The notes under the pieces were generated by a model that had not been told where the DNA came from, searched no databases, and worked only from the letters and a program-made list of their open reading frames with translations. Shown here piece by piece: positions 8,106 to 18,128 of a stretch of DNA of 32,000 nt. Within the stretch, counting starts at the first letter, position 1; each line of letters begins with the position of its first letter. The position numbers and the translations under genes are program-made. The DNA comes from Candidatus Helarchaeota ASGARD archaeon Hel_GB_B (lineage in GTDB: Archaea; Asgardarchaeota; Lokiarchaeia; Helarchaeales; HEL-GB-B): contig SUPR01000023.1 of NCBI GenBank assembly GCA_005191425.1, positions 6,601-38,600 on the forward strand. Reading direction: 5' to 3'.

Positions 8106-9917
8106 TTAAATATATTCAATTGTAGCACTTGGTTTTGTTGTATAATCATAAAAGACAGCACCTATGGAAGGGATTTTATTTAATTCATTTTTTAATTTCA
8201 TCAATATTTCTTTTTTCAAAAGTGTTGGAGTTGCAGTCATGAAATCTTTAGTTTCTACACTTCTAATGAGAATTACATAAGGTTTATTGTAATCAAGATT
8301 GTCTGAAAGTAGAGCAGCAATTCTAACGATTTGGTTAATTCTACCGGTTATTATACCTTGTAAGTTAAGAATATCGATTGAATTTAGTGTAAACCATAGG
8401 TTAACACCATTTTTCATCATTTTAAGCCCAAGAGTATAACGATAAGCTCGTTCATCACCTTTTACGCCAATGGTTTGAGAAGAAAAAATAAATGGTTCAA
8501 TAAGACTTTCAGGTTCAACAAAATTTGAAACAATATTCTTTATTTCATTATTAATATTCAAGTTATTAATATATTTGTTTGGCAATAATATAGCAAAATA
8601 TTGAGAGGGGTGTAATGGTTTTAAAATTTTTTCTACTATGTGGTTAGATTCCTGCCAAATTTTTATTTTTTCCGTGTTAATTGGTCCTAAAATTCTTACA
8701 GCTCCGGCAGGGCCAGGTTGAGGTTGACGTTCAGAAATTTCTTTAGGGAGCCCTAATTTTCGGGCAAGTATTCTGACTTGGTATTTAAACAAATTTTTAA
8801 TAGGTTCAACAAGTCTTAATCCCATTTTTTCGGGTAATCCTCCGACATTATGGTGGATTTTAATTATTCCACCATGTTTTTTACCTTTAATTTTATTGGC
8901 CTCCCCGCGAGTAGATTCAATTATATCGGGCATAATAGTAGCTTGAATTAGAAATTGAGCATTGACTTTTTTTGCTTCACGTTCAAAAATATCAATAAAT
9001 GTTTTACCAATTATTTTTCTTTTCTCATCAGAGCCAGTTATACCGTCCAATTTTTTTAGAAATTCATTCGTTGCGTCAATATATCTTATATTTAATCCTA
9101 GATTTTTGTACCACTTAATTACTTGCTCACTTTCATTTTTTCGCATTACTCCATTATTAATATGGACACAATAAAGCTGGTCATATTTAAGAACTTTACT
9201 GGACAACATTGCCACTGTTGAACTATCGACTCCACCTGAAACAGCACAAATAGCAGTACCATCTTTAATAATATTTTTGATTTCAGTCGACGATTTTTTA
9301 ATAAAGGAATCTACATTCCATTCTTTTTTCTTACATTTTGCAATATTAAATACGAAATTATTGAGAATTTTTTCTCCTTCTTCTGAATGAGTAACTTCAA
9401 TATGCCATTGTAAACCATAAATAGGACGAGATAATGATTTTATTCCTGCAATTTCAGTTTGAGGCGTTTTAGCAATAATTTCAAAATCTGGAGGTATTTC
9501 AGATATTAAATCAGAATGAGACATCCAACAAATACTTTTTTGCTTAATATTTGTAAATAAAGGATCTTTTAAATTTGAAATTTCTAAATAAGTGAACCCA
9601 TATTCTCCTTGTTGCCCTTTTTCGACTTTACCGCCGAGTTGTTCAGCAATTAATTGGTTTCCATAACAAATACCCAAAATTGGGATACCTAAATCATAAA
9701 TTTTTTTATCAAGTTTAGGTGTTCCTGGATCATATACACTATAAGGACCGCCAGATAAAATAATCCCTTTGATATTTTTAGCCATAATTTCCTCAGAAGT
9801 AATATTATAGGGGACTATTTCGCTTGATATTCCCAATTCAAAAAAGAATCTTTTAAAATTAAAGACATATTGACCGCCAAAGTCTATAATAATGATTTCT
9901 GGGTTATTATTTATCAT
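8106..9917 (-). CDS. guaA: GMP synthase (glutamine-hydrolysing), fused GATase + ATP-PPase with extended C-terminus
   Basis: DFGGQY, SGGPYSV, GICYG (Cys nucleophile), QWHIE, SGGVDS PP-loop, IKIHHNVGGLP, GVKGDER, RSVETKDFMTA, YDYTTKPSATIEY. Confidence 0.95.
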   Translation of the reverse strand: MINNNPEIIIIDFGGQYVFNFKRFFFELGISSEIVPYNITSEEIMAKNIKGIILSGGPYSVYDPGTPKLDKKIYDLGIPILGICYGNQLIAEQLGGKVEKGQQGEYGFTYLEISNLKDPLFTNIKQKSICWMSHSDLISEIPPDFEIIAKTPQTEIAGIKSLSRPIYGLQWHIEVTHSEEGEKILNNFVFNIAKCKKKEWNVDSFIKKSSTEIKNIIKDGTAICAVSGGVDSSTVAMLSSKVLKYDQLYCVHINNGVMRKNESEQVIKWYKNLGLNIRYIDATNEFLKKLDGITGSDEKRKIIGKTFIDIFEREAKKVNAQFLIQATIMPDIIESTRGEANKIKGKKHGGIIKIHHNVGGLPEKMGLRLVEPIKNLFKYQVRILARKLGLPKEISERQPQPGPAGAVRILGPINTEKIKIWQESNHIVEKILKPLHPSQYFAILLPNKYINNLNINNEIKNIVSNFVEPESLIEPFIFSSQTIGVKGDERAYRYTLGLKMMKNGVNLWFTLNSIDILNLQGIITGRINQIVRIAALLSDNLDYNKPYVILIRSVETKDFMTATPTLLKKEILMKLKNELNKIPSIGAVFYDYTTKPSATIEYI

Positions 9918-10023
9918 ATAATTTTCACAAAAAGATGGTTAAATAATTTGAATTATTCAATATATTAAAAAGGTTAAATTAAATTATTTCTATATAAATA
10001 ATTGAAATAAACAGAGAATATTT

Positions 10024-11085
10024 ATGAGGATTATATTAATAATATTGGACGGATGCGCGGTCACTTCGTTAAAGGATGCCCCGACACCATTTTTTGACCG
10101 AATATTAGAAGAGGGGGTCGGCGATTTAAATTGTAAAGCTGTTTTTCCTACCGCTACATATACAGGACACTCGTCAATAATAACTGGGTGCTATCCCAAT
10201 AAGACAGGCATGGTAGCAAATCAATATTATGACCGGGAGCAGAAAATTAGTAAACATTTTGATAATTATGACCCAAATATTCACATTGAAATGCCTACAA
10301 TTTTTGAATACTTAAAAAAATTAAGACCAATTAGTATTAGCGAGCCAGTTTTTAAAGGAGCATACGATTATGTGAGTATGAAGGAGGTCAATAAAAAGTC
10401 TCCACAATTACGAAATGAAATTATTTATAATTTAACCCTGAAATACTTGAAAAATGAGAACATCAAATTTATAATGATTAATTTTTCAGCAGTAGATAGT
10501 ATAGGAGAAATTTATAGCCCTAATTCTAATAAATATAAAGAAGAGTTAGAAAAAGTGGATAAGTATATTGAGAATATTTATAATATAAGTAAAAAAACAA
10601 ATGATACATTATTAATTATCACTGCAGACCATGGGTTAACAGATATTAAATCATATTATAATTTACAAGATGATTTATTGAATAATGGACTGAATACAAT
10701 ATGTTTAAATTCGCATAGAATTGCTCATTTATATGTACAGCAGTCCGAGAAAAACGACCTGATTTCATTTTTGAAGAATAATAAAAAGATCAAACATGTC
10801 TTTTATGGAAATAAAATCAATGAACTAAAGGTGGAACATAAAAGAACTGGGGATTTAATAGTTGTTGCGGAAGATAAGGTTGAGCTAGAGGTTAAAGGTC
10901 TTAAAGGTAGTCATGGGGGATTAAATATAGAAGAAATTACAGTGCCCTTATTATTTTTTGGCATAGAATCATTACAATTTGAATTAAAAAACAGTAAAAT
11001 AATTGATATATTACCAACTATCCTAAATATTTTAAAGATCCAGGTTAAAAATAGATTAGACGGAAAATCATTATTAATAAAATAA
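10024..11085 (+). CDS. Alkaline phosphatase superfamily (nucleotide pyrophosphatase/phosphodiesterase-like) enzyme
   Basis: IILDG, FPTATYTGH (Thr nucleophile), ITADHG, GSHGG. Confidence 0.85.
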   Translation: MRIILIILDGCAVTSLKDAPTPFFDRILEEGVGDLNCKAVFPTATYTGHSSIITGCYPNKTGMVANQYYDREQKISKHFDNYDPNIHIEMPTIFEYLKKLRPISISEPVFKGAYDYVSMKEVNKKSPQLRNEIIYNLTLKYLKNENIKFIMINFSAVDSIGEIYSPNSNKYKEELEKVDKYIENIYNISKKTNDTLLIITADHGLTDIKSYYNLQDDLLNNGLNTICLNSHRIAHLYVQQSEKNDLISFLKNNKKIKHVFYGNKINELKVEHKRTGDLIVVAEDKVELEVKGLKGSHGGLNIEEITVPLLFFGIESLQFELKNSKIIDILPTILNILKIQVKNRLDGKSLLIK

Positions 11086-11098
11086 TTAAAAATTTGAT

Positions 11099-11416
11099 TT
11101 ATACTGGAGAGATAGTACCAGCAACTAAAATTATTATAAATAATGAAATACTGATTAATATTATAAAAGCAATTATTTCTTTACTCCGTTTTTGAAAATA
11201 CAACCCTAATAATAAAAAAATAACTCCTGTCCAATATAGAAAATAAAATCCCCAGATATCAGTCAATTGAATGTATAATGGGACATAACCAATTACGGAA
11301 TATGGCCACAATCCTTCGAATGCAGCGAAAAATATGTATGCAACAGTAGCAATAAAAGCAGTTAGGAACGAATATGCAGCAATTCTTTGGAATTTTTCTT
11401 TTTTATCTTCGTCCAT
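11099..11416 (-). CDS. Small membrane protein (about 3 transmembrane segments)
   Basis: Three long hydrophobic stretches. ATG at 11416 or GTG at 11428. Confidence 0.65.
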   Translation of the reverse strand: MDEDKKEKFQRIAAYSFLTAFIATVAYIFFAAFEGLWPYSVIGYVPLYIQLTDIWGFYFLYWTGVIFLLLGLYFQKRSKEIIAFIILISISLFIIILVAGTISPV

Positions 11417-11488
11417 CAAAAACAACACTTTTTTATTCTAAAATATGGTTTAATGACTTAATTATTTTATTATCATGAGGTTTTAAAA

Positions 11489-12181
11489 TTGGATAAAGAA
11501 ACAGAAAAGGTGAATGCTGCAAAGGCGAGCTTAGAAAATATAAAAGATGGAATGGTCATTGGGATTGGTTCGGGTTCTACTGTTGCTAAATTGATAAAAT
11601 TATTAGGTAATAAAGCAAAAGAAGAAGAATTAGAAATATTAACTGTACCTACATCATTTCAAGTCCGGCAATTGCTGGTGGAAGCAAAAATTCCGATTAC
11701 AACATTAGATGAACATCCATTTTTAGATATCGCAATAGATGGTGCAGATGAAGTGGATAGAAATCTAAATTTAATAAAAGGTGGAGGTGCAGCATTAACT
11801 CAAGAAAAAATAATTGATTCGTGTACCAAAAATTTAATAATAATTGTAGATAGTGGGAAATTAGTGAATAATCTCGGTGAGAAATTTGCTGTCCCTTTAG
11901 AAATTATTCCACAAGCATTACCTTTAGTAAATGATAGATTAAAAATCTTTTCAGATAACTTTGAACTGAGAATGGCAAAAAAGAAATTAGGGCCGATAAT
12001 AACAGACAATGGTAATTTTATTATCGATATGAGAATACCCGACCTATCAAATAGAAATTTAAAAGAACTAGAGAAAGAATTAAATGTAATACCAGGTGTA
12101 ATAGAAAATGGGTTGTTTATTGACATGACAAAAATCGTTTATGTCGGAACTCAAGATGGGGCAAAAAAAATTACTATATAA
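11489..12181 (+). CDS. rpiA: Ribose-5-phosphate isomerase A
   Basis: GIGSGST, DGADEVD, IKGGGAAL, EKII, ITDNGNFIID, IPGVIENGLF. Confidence 0.96.
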   Translation: MDKETEKVNAAKASLENIKDGMVIGIGSGSTVAKLIKLLGNKAKEEELEILTVPTSFQVRQLLVEAKIPITTLDEHPFLDIAIDGADEVDRNLNLIKGGGAALTQEKIIDSCTKNLIIIVDSGKLVNNLGEKFAVPLEIIPQALPLVNDRLKIFSDNFELRMAKKKLGPIITDNGNFIIDMRIPDLSNRNLKELEKELNVIPGVIENGLFIDMTKIVYVGTQDGAKKITI

Positions 12182-12184
12182 AAA

Positions 12185-14023
12185 TTATATTAAAAAAAGC
12201 TCAAATGGCTCTTGTTTTTTATATAAATTAATAATTGTCCTACCATTTTTAGAATTTTTTCTTATTTTAATATCGCCCCTATAATCTGATTTAATTGAAA
12301 GCAATTTATTACCTTTATGGACAATTTGGAAATATCGATTTGGATATTCATCGACTTCAAAATGGATGTATTTCTTGGTTAATTTAAATTGAAATTGGAC
12401 TTTTTGAGGAATAGTCGTAGTATCTTCTTTATCATAGAAAGTCCGCACATCAATATTAAACCCGAGTTTTGATTCTAATTTGTTAATATTAATACCATTT
12501 TTACCAATTATATTTGGTCGCATGGACTTATCAACATAAATTCTGATTCGCTGGTCAGATAAAATTTCTACATCAATTTTTCCATTAGGGACATATTTTT
12601 TAATTTCATTTTTTACTTTTTCAATTACCAGTTTACTTGCGGGAGATATAAATTTCTTAACTAAAGGCATAACAACAATATTATCTCCAAAAGTATAGAT
12701 TTCATATAAAAGTTTATTAGTATTAAAATCATATACTTCGATAATGGGTCGAGCAAGGTCAGATTCCATCATTCCCTTGGGTACTCTTACAGTCATTTTA
12801 AGATAATATACAGATTCAATTTTACCTTTGTTAATATGAATTATTGTATCGATAATTTGAGGTATCATACCAAATTCAATTTTCCTATTTACAAGCATTC
12901 GTTGTATTGCATCAATAGGTGCTGTTGCATGAATTACACCTATCATGCCGATCCCTGCTAGTCGCATATCTGCGTAAATTCCGAAATCTTTTGTTTTTCT
13001 AATTTCGTCAAAAATAGTATAGTCAGGGCGGACAAGAAGTATAATACTAGCGGTTTTTTCAAGGTCATTTTCCAATGGAGCATATTGAGTAACTCCTTTA
13101 GGAACTTGGAGGTCCCGAGGATTTTCCATAGTTTTTACAATTTTGTTTTGTTGTTCATAAAATGTAGCTAATGCACCAGCAAATGTTGATTTTCCGGATC
13201 CAGGTGGTCCACAAATTAAAATTCCTTCGGCAAGAGACCCAAATCGGTTTATTAAAGTTGGCGGTAGGTCATAATCATTTAGAGTTAATTTTTTAATTGG
13301 CTTTATTGCTGTAATTTCAATTGAGTCAGAAAAAGGAGGCTCGGTAATTGTAATACGCAAGTCATTTAATTGAGCTACAATTGCTCCTTTATATTCAATT
13401 TCAAGAAAACAGCCCTTTTCAGATTTTGCTTTTTCTGTTATTACCCGAATTAATTCTTCAATTGTGTGTAAATCAATTGGTTTCTCTCTTAATTTTATTA
13501 ATTTCCAATTTCCGGGAGTACCAACTTTAGCCATTGGTGGAAGACCCTCTTTAAGATGCAATGACATCGTATCCTTGGTAAAATATTCATTAATATCAAC
13601 TTTTGGATGACTTTTTTCCTCTTTAATTAATTTAACCTCAATACCTTGAGCTCTCGCAATATCACTCTGGATTCTATCACTTGTTATTAGTATAGAACCC
13701 GAAGGCTTGGCAAAATCACGTATTATACTATCTAACTCTCCTCCAGATGCTAATTTAATCTGTTCAAGTGTGGGACGATTACCAGTAATATCCAATTTAA
13801 TTTGTTTTTCCTTACACAAATTACGAATATTATTTAATTCTTTTATTCCTAAATGTCCAGTAAGTCGTCCCATATTTGCATGATTTTCGATTTCGGCTAT
13901 TACAATTTGAGGTATAATGATTTCTGAATTTTCTTTAATAAAACCTTCCTTTATTAATTTAGATACCCGCTGGTTCATTATGACTGAGGTGTCAACTACA
14001 TATTTTGTCATTAAAATCATCAA
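12185..14023 (-). CDS. PINA: PIN domain + AAA ATPase + KH domain (Holliday-junction branch-migration ATPase family)
   Basis: N-terminal PIN (VVDTSV, DRIQ), Walker A GPPGSGKST, ENPRDL, LLVRPDYTIFDEIRK, KH IIGKNG. Start may be the downstream ATG (MTKYVVD). Confidence 0.9.
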   Translation of the reverse strand: MMILMTKYVVDTSVIMNQRVSKLIKEGFIKENSEIIIPQIVIAEIENHANMGRLTGHLGIKELNNIRNLCKEKQIKLDITGNRPTLEQIKLASGGELDSIIRDFAKPSGSILITSDRIQSDIARAQGIEVKLIKEEKSHPKVDINEYFTKDTMSLHLKEGLPPMAKVGTPGNWKLIKLREKPIDLHTIEELIRVITEKAKSEKGCFLEIEYKGAIVAQLNDLRITITEPPFSDSIEITAIKPIKKLTLNDYDLPPTLINRFGSLAEGILICGPPGSGKSTFAGALATFYEQQNKIVKTMENPRDLQVPKGVTQYAPLENDLEKTASIILLVRPDYTIFDEIRKTKDFGIYADMRLAGIGMIGVIHATAPIDAIQRMLVNRKIEFGMIPQIIDTIIHINKGKIESVYYLKMTVRVPKGMMESDLARPIIEVYDFNTNKLLYEIYTFGDNIVVMPLVKKFISPASKLVIEKVKNEIKKYVPNGKIDVEILSDQRIRIYVDKSMRPNIIGKNGININKLESKLGFNIDVRTFYDKEDTTTIPQKVQFQFKLTKKYIHFEVDEYPNRYFQIVHKGNKLLSIKSDYRGDIKIRKNSKNGRTIINLYKKQEPFELFLI

Positions 14024-14094
14024 AAATTTAGAAAATACAAATTATAATGTAATTTTATTATTCTAATTCATCATTTCTTTTAAAAATAGCTTTT

Positions 14095-14997
14095 TTATAT
14101 AATCCTTATATTAAATTTCAACTTACATTTTGAGCATTTAACTTGTTTAATATTATTGATACCACTTTTAATTGGTATTTTTAACAATGAAATTTTAAGA
14201 CTCTCATTTTTACACCTTGGACATTTCCAATAATTTGTAATTTCTTTATTAATTTCAATATATTTGTCATTATCTTTATCATAAGACCGAATTTGAATTA
14301 TTTTTTCGAGTTTATCAGGTATTTTATTTTTAATATTTGGGTCATTTTTTAACTGTTTAATTATACTTATACGTATCGTCTGATAAAAATCGTCCAGATT
14401 TCTAGCTATCATTTTTCCTTTTAAAGTTAAAACATAAAAATCGTTTTCTTTATTAATATAATTCTCGTTAATTAATTCATTTATGTGTTTATAGGTCATA
14501 CTATTACTTAATCCCATTTTATATGCAATATCTTTAAGGTTATTGACACCTCTATTTATTAAATCGATAATATCTTTTTTAGGTTCAGTGATTTCCCATA
14601 TTAATATGGGAATATCAATTAATTCATTTTTTTCTTCTGTTAAATAAAATAACCTGTTTATCTTATTATATTCAATATAACATGCTAATTGGGTACCAAA
14701 TGCAAGAGTTTTTCTCCCGCTTGAAATATTTACAAAAATTGTATTCCCCTCTAAATATTCTTGATTTATTATTTTTCTTACTTTTTTTATAATAGAAACT
14801 ATATCATAATGATCTACTTGAATAAACTGACTCGGAATGAAACTTGAAGGGATGGCATCTTTCACCTTTTTAATTTCATTACTAACTCTTTCATTTGGAA
14901 CACCATGAAATATGAATAATTTATCTCCACCAAACATTTTAACAGTATTTATTATTACATTTGCCTTATATCCTAGAGTACAAATTATAGATTTCAT
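14095..14997 (-). CDS. Csa3-like CARF + winged-HTH transcription regulator with C-terminal Zn ribbon
   Basis: CARF-like N-terminus (IICTLGY, NISSGRKTLA), wHTH (LKDIAYKMGLSNSMTYKHINELINENYI...LTLKG), then CPRC-x25-CSKC. Confidence 0.7.
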   Translation of the reverse strand: MKSIICTLGYKANVIINTVKMFGGDKLFIFHGVPNERVSNEIKKVKDAIPSSFIPSQFIQVDHYDIVSIIKKVRKIINQEYLEGNTIFVNISSGRKTLAFGTQLACYIEYNKINRLFYLTEEKNELIDIPILIWEITEPKKDIIDLINRGVNNLKDIAYKMGLSNSMTYKHINELINENYINKENDFYVLTLKGKMIARNLDDFYQTIRISIIKQLKNDPNIKNKIPDKLEKIIQIRSYDKDNDKYIEINKEITNYWKCPRCKNESLKISLLKIPIKSGINNIKQVKCSKCKLKFNIRII

Positions 14998-15100
14998 TTA
15001 TTTTCATATTAATTAAAAAAAAATGGTATATATATAATTTATGGAATTTTGATAACAGATGTAAGTTTTATATATGAAGGTAAGACTTTCAATATTAGCT

Positions 15101-15116
15101 AGATAAAGTTTATATA
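15101..15116 (+). promoter_or_regulatory. Candidate BRE-TATA (AGATAAAG-TTTATATA) in the divergent CARF / nurA intergenic region
   Basis: Purine-rich BRE-like run followed by TTTATATA. A mirror TATA-like run occurs on the minus strand near 15066-15074. High AT background lowers confidence. Confidence 0.3.
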
Positions 15117-15280
15117 AAATGCTTCTAAAATTAAGTATATCTAGAAAACTTGTTCAAAATAAATTGATAAAAATAAAGAAGAATTAGCTTCCAAAAAAGA
15201 TGATATTAATCAAAAAAATATACCCAAAAAAAAATTTCCGAATATTCAAAAAGTGAGGGGTATATATAGATTAAATTAAA

Positions 15281-16552
15281 GTGAGATTTATGCCAGAATT
15301 CATTAAAGAATTTATTGATGCATTAAATACCAAAAAACCTAGAATTATTGAAGATTTTAAAAGTATAAAATTGGTTGATATTTTTAAAGATGAGTTTGCG
15401 AAATTTTGGATAGATTATAATTTGAAAAAAGCTCGACCAGGTCAAAATATACTAGCAATTGATAGTAGTCGAGGATTAATACCATTTGGTAATGGGGGCT
15501 TTTTTCACGTTGTTAGAGCCTTGGGCATCGTTAGAAATATTAGATATCCATATGTTTTTACAGACTTTGATTTTGGACAACCACTAAGAATGTATAATTA
15601 TATTGGAAGAGTAATGGAATGGGCTGAACATAAAGTGGCTATAAATGCCATAAAAGATGGGTTCAATGGTTATATATTGGTCGATGGCTCAATATATGGT
15701 AGATTAGTGCATCTTCCTTTAGAATTAGAACTTATAAATAATAAATCTTTTATGATACATTATTTTGAAACATTAATCGAACTACTTGATCTGTGTAAAA
15801 ATAAGAATATTCCGTTTATAGGTGTAAGTAAAGAAAGTAGGACTGGATTTTTTAAGGAGTTTTTAATCAAGGAAATTCTTAAGAAAATAATTCATGATGA
15901 ACAATTTTTGGGAGAATTAGTAAGTTTAGGACTTGAAAATAAACGCAAAGCTATTGAAATTGCTAGAAAAACTGGAGACGATCAGATAATTTCTTTAATA
16001 AATGAACTTGTATATAAAAAGCCCGATGCCTTATTGATTTTAAATAACGCCCTTAATTCGGGATATACACACCCACTTTTATTAGGGGCAAGTCAGAGGT
16101 GGAGGAGAGCTTCAAAAATGATTTCGAGAGATCCAAAAGAATATATTCGTAAAAATTTTCCATTATCTTCTTTAGACAATAATTTTTTAAATTTCGCGCA
16201 GGATATTGTCAAAAAAATGTTGGATTTTCCTGCAATTGTCTCATTTCATTTATTACCCCAAATTAATGATACACCTATTCGGATTGATATCCCAGATTGG
16301 TATTTCGACCTTGATTCTAAACTTATAGAAATTGGATGGCCTCAAATTGTTGACATTGATTTAGAAGAAATTTTAAATTTAATTTCGGCTGGATATTGTG
16401 GGCTGGACAATTATAATATTTGGTTGAAATTTGTTGATGATAATGTTAAATTAAAAAGAAATATTTTAGAAAATATTTATTTACAAAAATTTGAAGAAAT
16501 TATTAGTAAAAAAGCAACCTCAAGGGGGTATAGACGTGTTAGATATCCATAA
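15281..16552 (+). CDS. nurA: NurA 5'-3' nuclease
   Basis: LAIDSS, ILVDGSIY, GVSKES, PIRID, late NIWL...DDNVK segment. First gene of an operon with herA/mre11/rad50. Confidence 0.85.
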   Translation: MRFMPEFIKEFIDALNTKKPRIIEDFKSIKLVDIFKDEFAKFWIDYNLKKARPGQNILAIDSSRGLIPFGNGGFFHVVRALGIVRNIRYPYVFTDFDFGQPLRMYNYIGRVMEWAEHKVAINAIKDGFNGYILVDGSIYGRLVHLPLELELINNKSFMIHYFETLIELLDLCKNKNIPFIGVSKESRTGFFKEFLIKEILKKIIHDEQFLGELVSLGLENKRKAIEIARKTGDDQIISLINELVYKKPDALLILNNALNSGYTHPLLLGASQRWRRASKMISRDPKEYIRKNFPLSSLDNNFLNFAQDIVKKMLDFPAIVSFHLLPQINDTPIRIDIPDWYFDLDSKLIEIGWPQIVDIDLEEILNLISAGYCGLDNYNIWLKFVDDNVKLKRNILENIYLQKFEEIISKKATSRGYRRVRYP

Positions 16553-18125
16553 AATTGGTTTAATTATAGGTGAATCAACACCTACTGAATTTTTATTTGC
16601 AGTTGATGAGTCAATTGGAAGATTAGAATATGTTTTAGTAAAGTCTAAAGAAATTTTATTGGAAAAGTCGGGTAATAGAATAGAAGAAATAGAGGCAGAT
16701 GTAGAAATTGTTGCCCAGATCTACAAAATTTTTGCTAACTCGATGGCATTATTAGAAGGATTAAATTTAGAAAGTGCTGAAAAAATAGTGGAAGCTGGTC
16801 TTTCGGATAATCGAGTATTTGCTAAAGCTAGAGTACTTGGATTTTTATATAAAGGCACGATATATGAACCCAGAAAAGCTATTAAACCAGGAAATATTGT
16901 TTATAGAGCACCTAAAGAACTACTTGAACAATTCTATTCCTATAGTAAAGATGAAGGTTTACACATTGGAAATTTAATTACGAGACATGATGTCCCAGTG
17001 AGTTTAAGTATTAAAGGATTTAGGAGGCACCTTGCAATACTAGCTCAAACTGGGGCAGGTAAAAGCTACACAGCTGGGGTTTTAATAGAAGAATTATTAC
17101 AGAAAGGAGCTACAATTATTATAATAGACCCGCACGCAGATTATGTTTTTATTGGTAATAAAAAAGATGGTACTAAAATAGATAGAGTAGATATTTTCAG
17201 AACGCCTGAAAGTACAGGCAGGTATGATGAAAGTGAAATAGGAAAAAAAGTCGAAAATTATTCGATCAAATTTTCTGATTTAAGTCTAACTGAAATAGAA
17301 ATAATTTGTGGCATAAATGAAAAATGGACAAATATTACAAGTGCTATTCAAAATACAATTGATAACTTTAAACAAAATAATCAAGATTATTCTCTTGAAG
17401 ATTTATTAAATGAGCTTATAAATGGAGATAAAAATGATAAGAGCGCTTCTAAATATATTAATAGATTGAACAAAATAAAAGTTTGGGGCGATGCTACAAC
17501 GGATATTGGGAAATTTCTCAAGCCAAAACATATTTCAATTATGGACCTATCGGGATTAAATGACACCATCTCAGACTATGTTAATTATAAAATTTTAAAT
17601 GATATATATTATCAAGTGGAAAGTAAGAATTTCGAATATCCAGTGTTTATTTTTATTGAGGAGTCTCATAAATTTATACCCAATAAAGAAAATAAATTGT
17701 CTAAATCAATCATTAAGAAGATTGCCTCTGAAGGTAGAAAATTCGGTATTTTTTTGGTCTTAATCACTCAACGACCATATAAAATAGACCAAGATGCCTT
17801 AAGCCAGTGTAATAGTCAGATTATAATGCGTATGACAAATCCTACGGACCAAAATGCTATAAAAACAAGTTCTGAACGGATAAGTGAAAATTTGTTAAAT
17901 GATTTACCTGGTCTAAATATTGGTGAAGCAGTCGTTGTGGGAGAAATAACAAGAGCACCAGTTATGATTAAAGTTCGGGAACGAATAACCGAAGAAGGCG
18001 GCGCAGATATTGATATAATAACTAAATTAAAAGAAGCATCTGAAGAAGCTGAACATGAAAAGGAAAAAAAGGAAGATGGATTACAAGAGTCAGTTTCAGA
18101 AATTAGAGATTTAGTGGAGAGTTAA
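16536..18125 (+). CDS. herA: HerA bipolar DNA helicase/translocase
   Basis: HAS-barrel N-terminus, Walker A LAQTGAGKS, DPHADY, IEESHKF, EGRKFG, TQRP, SQCNSQ. GTG at 16536 after a GGGGG SD-like run is preferred over 16491. Confidence 0.93.
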   Translation: MLDIHKIGLIIGESTPTEFLFAVDESIGRLEYVLVKSKEILLEKSGNRIEEIEADVEIVAQIYKIFANSMALLEGLNLESAEKIVEAGLSDNRVFAKARVLGFLYKGTIYEPRKAIKPGNIVYRAPKELLEQFYSYSKDEGLHIGNLITRHDVPVSLSIKGFRRHLAILAQTGAGKSYTAGVLIEELLQKGATIIIIDPHADYVFIGNKKDGTKIDRVDIFRTPESTGRYDESEIGKKVENYSIKFSDLSLTEIEIICGINEKWTNITSAIQNTIDNFKQNNQDYSLEDLLNELINGDKNDKSASKYINRLNKIKVWGDATTDIGKFLKPKHISIMDLSGLNDTISDYVNYKILNDIYYQVESKNFEYPVFIFIEESHKFIPNKENKLSKSIIKKIASEGRKFGIFLVLITQRPYKIDQDALSQCNSQIIMRMTNPTDQNAIKTSSERISENLLNDLPGLNIGEAVVVGEITRAPVMIKVRERITEEGGADIDIITKLKEASEEAEHEKEKKEDGLQESVSEIRDLVES

Positions 18126-18128
18126 AAA

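Noticed and set aside
14095-15280. Possible CRISPR locus near the CARF gene
   Set aside because: No regularly spaced direct repeats or cas genes found in the window.
16536-18125. HerA as an anti-phage defence ATPase
   Set aside because: It sits in the canonical nurA/mre11/rad50 context, which points to housekeeping DNA repair.
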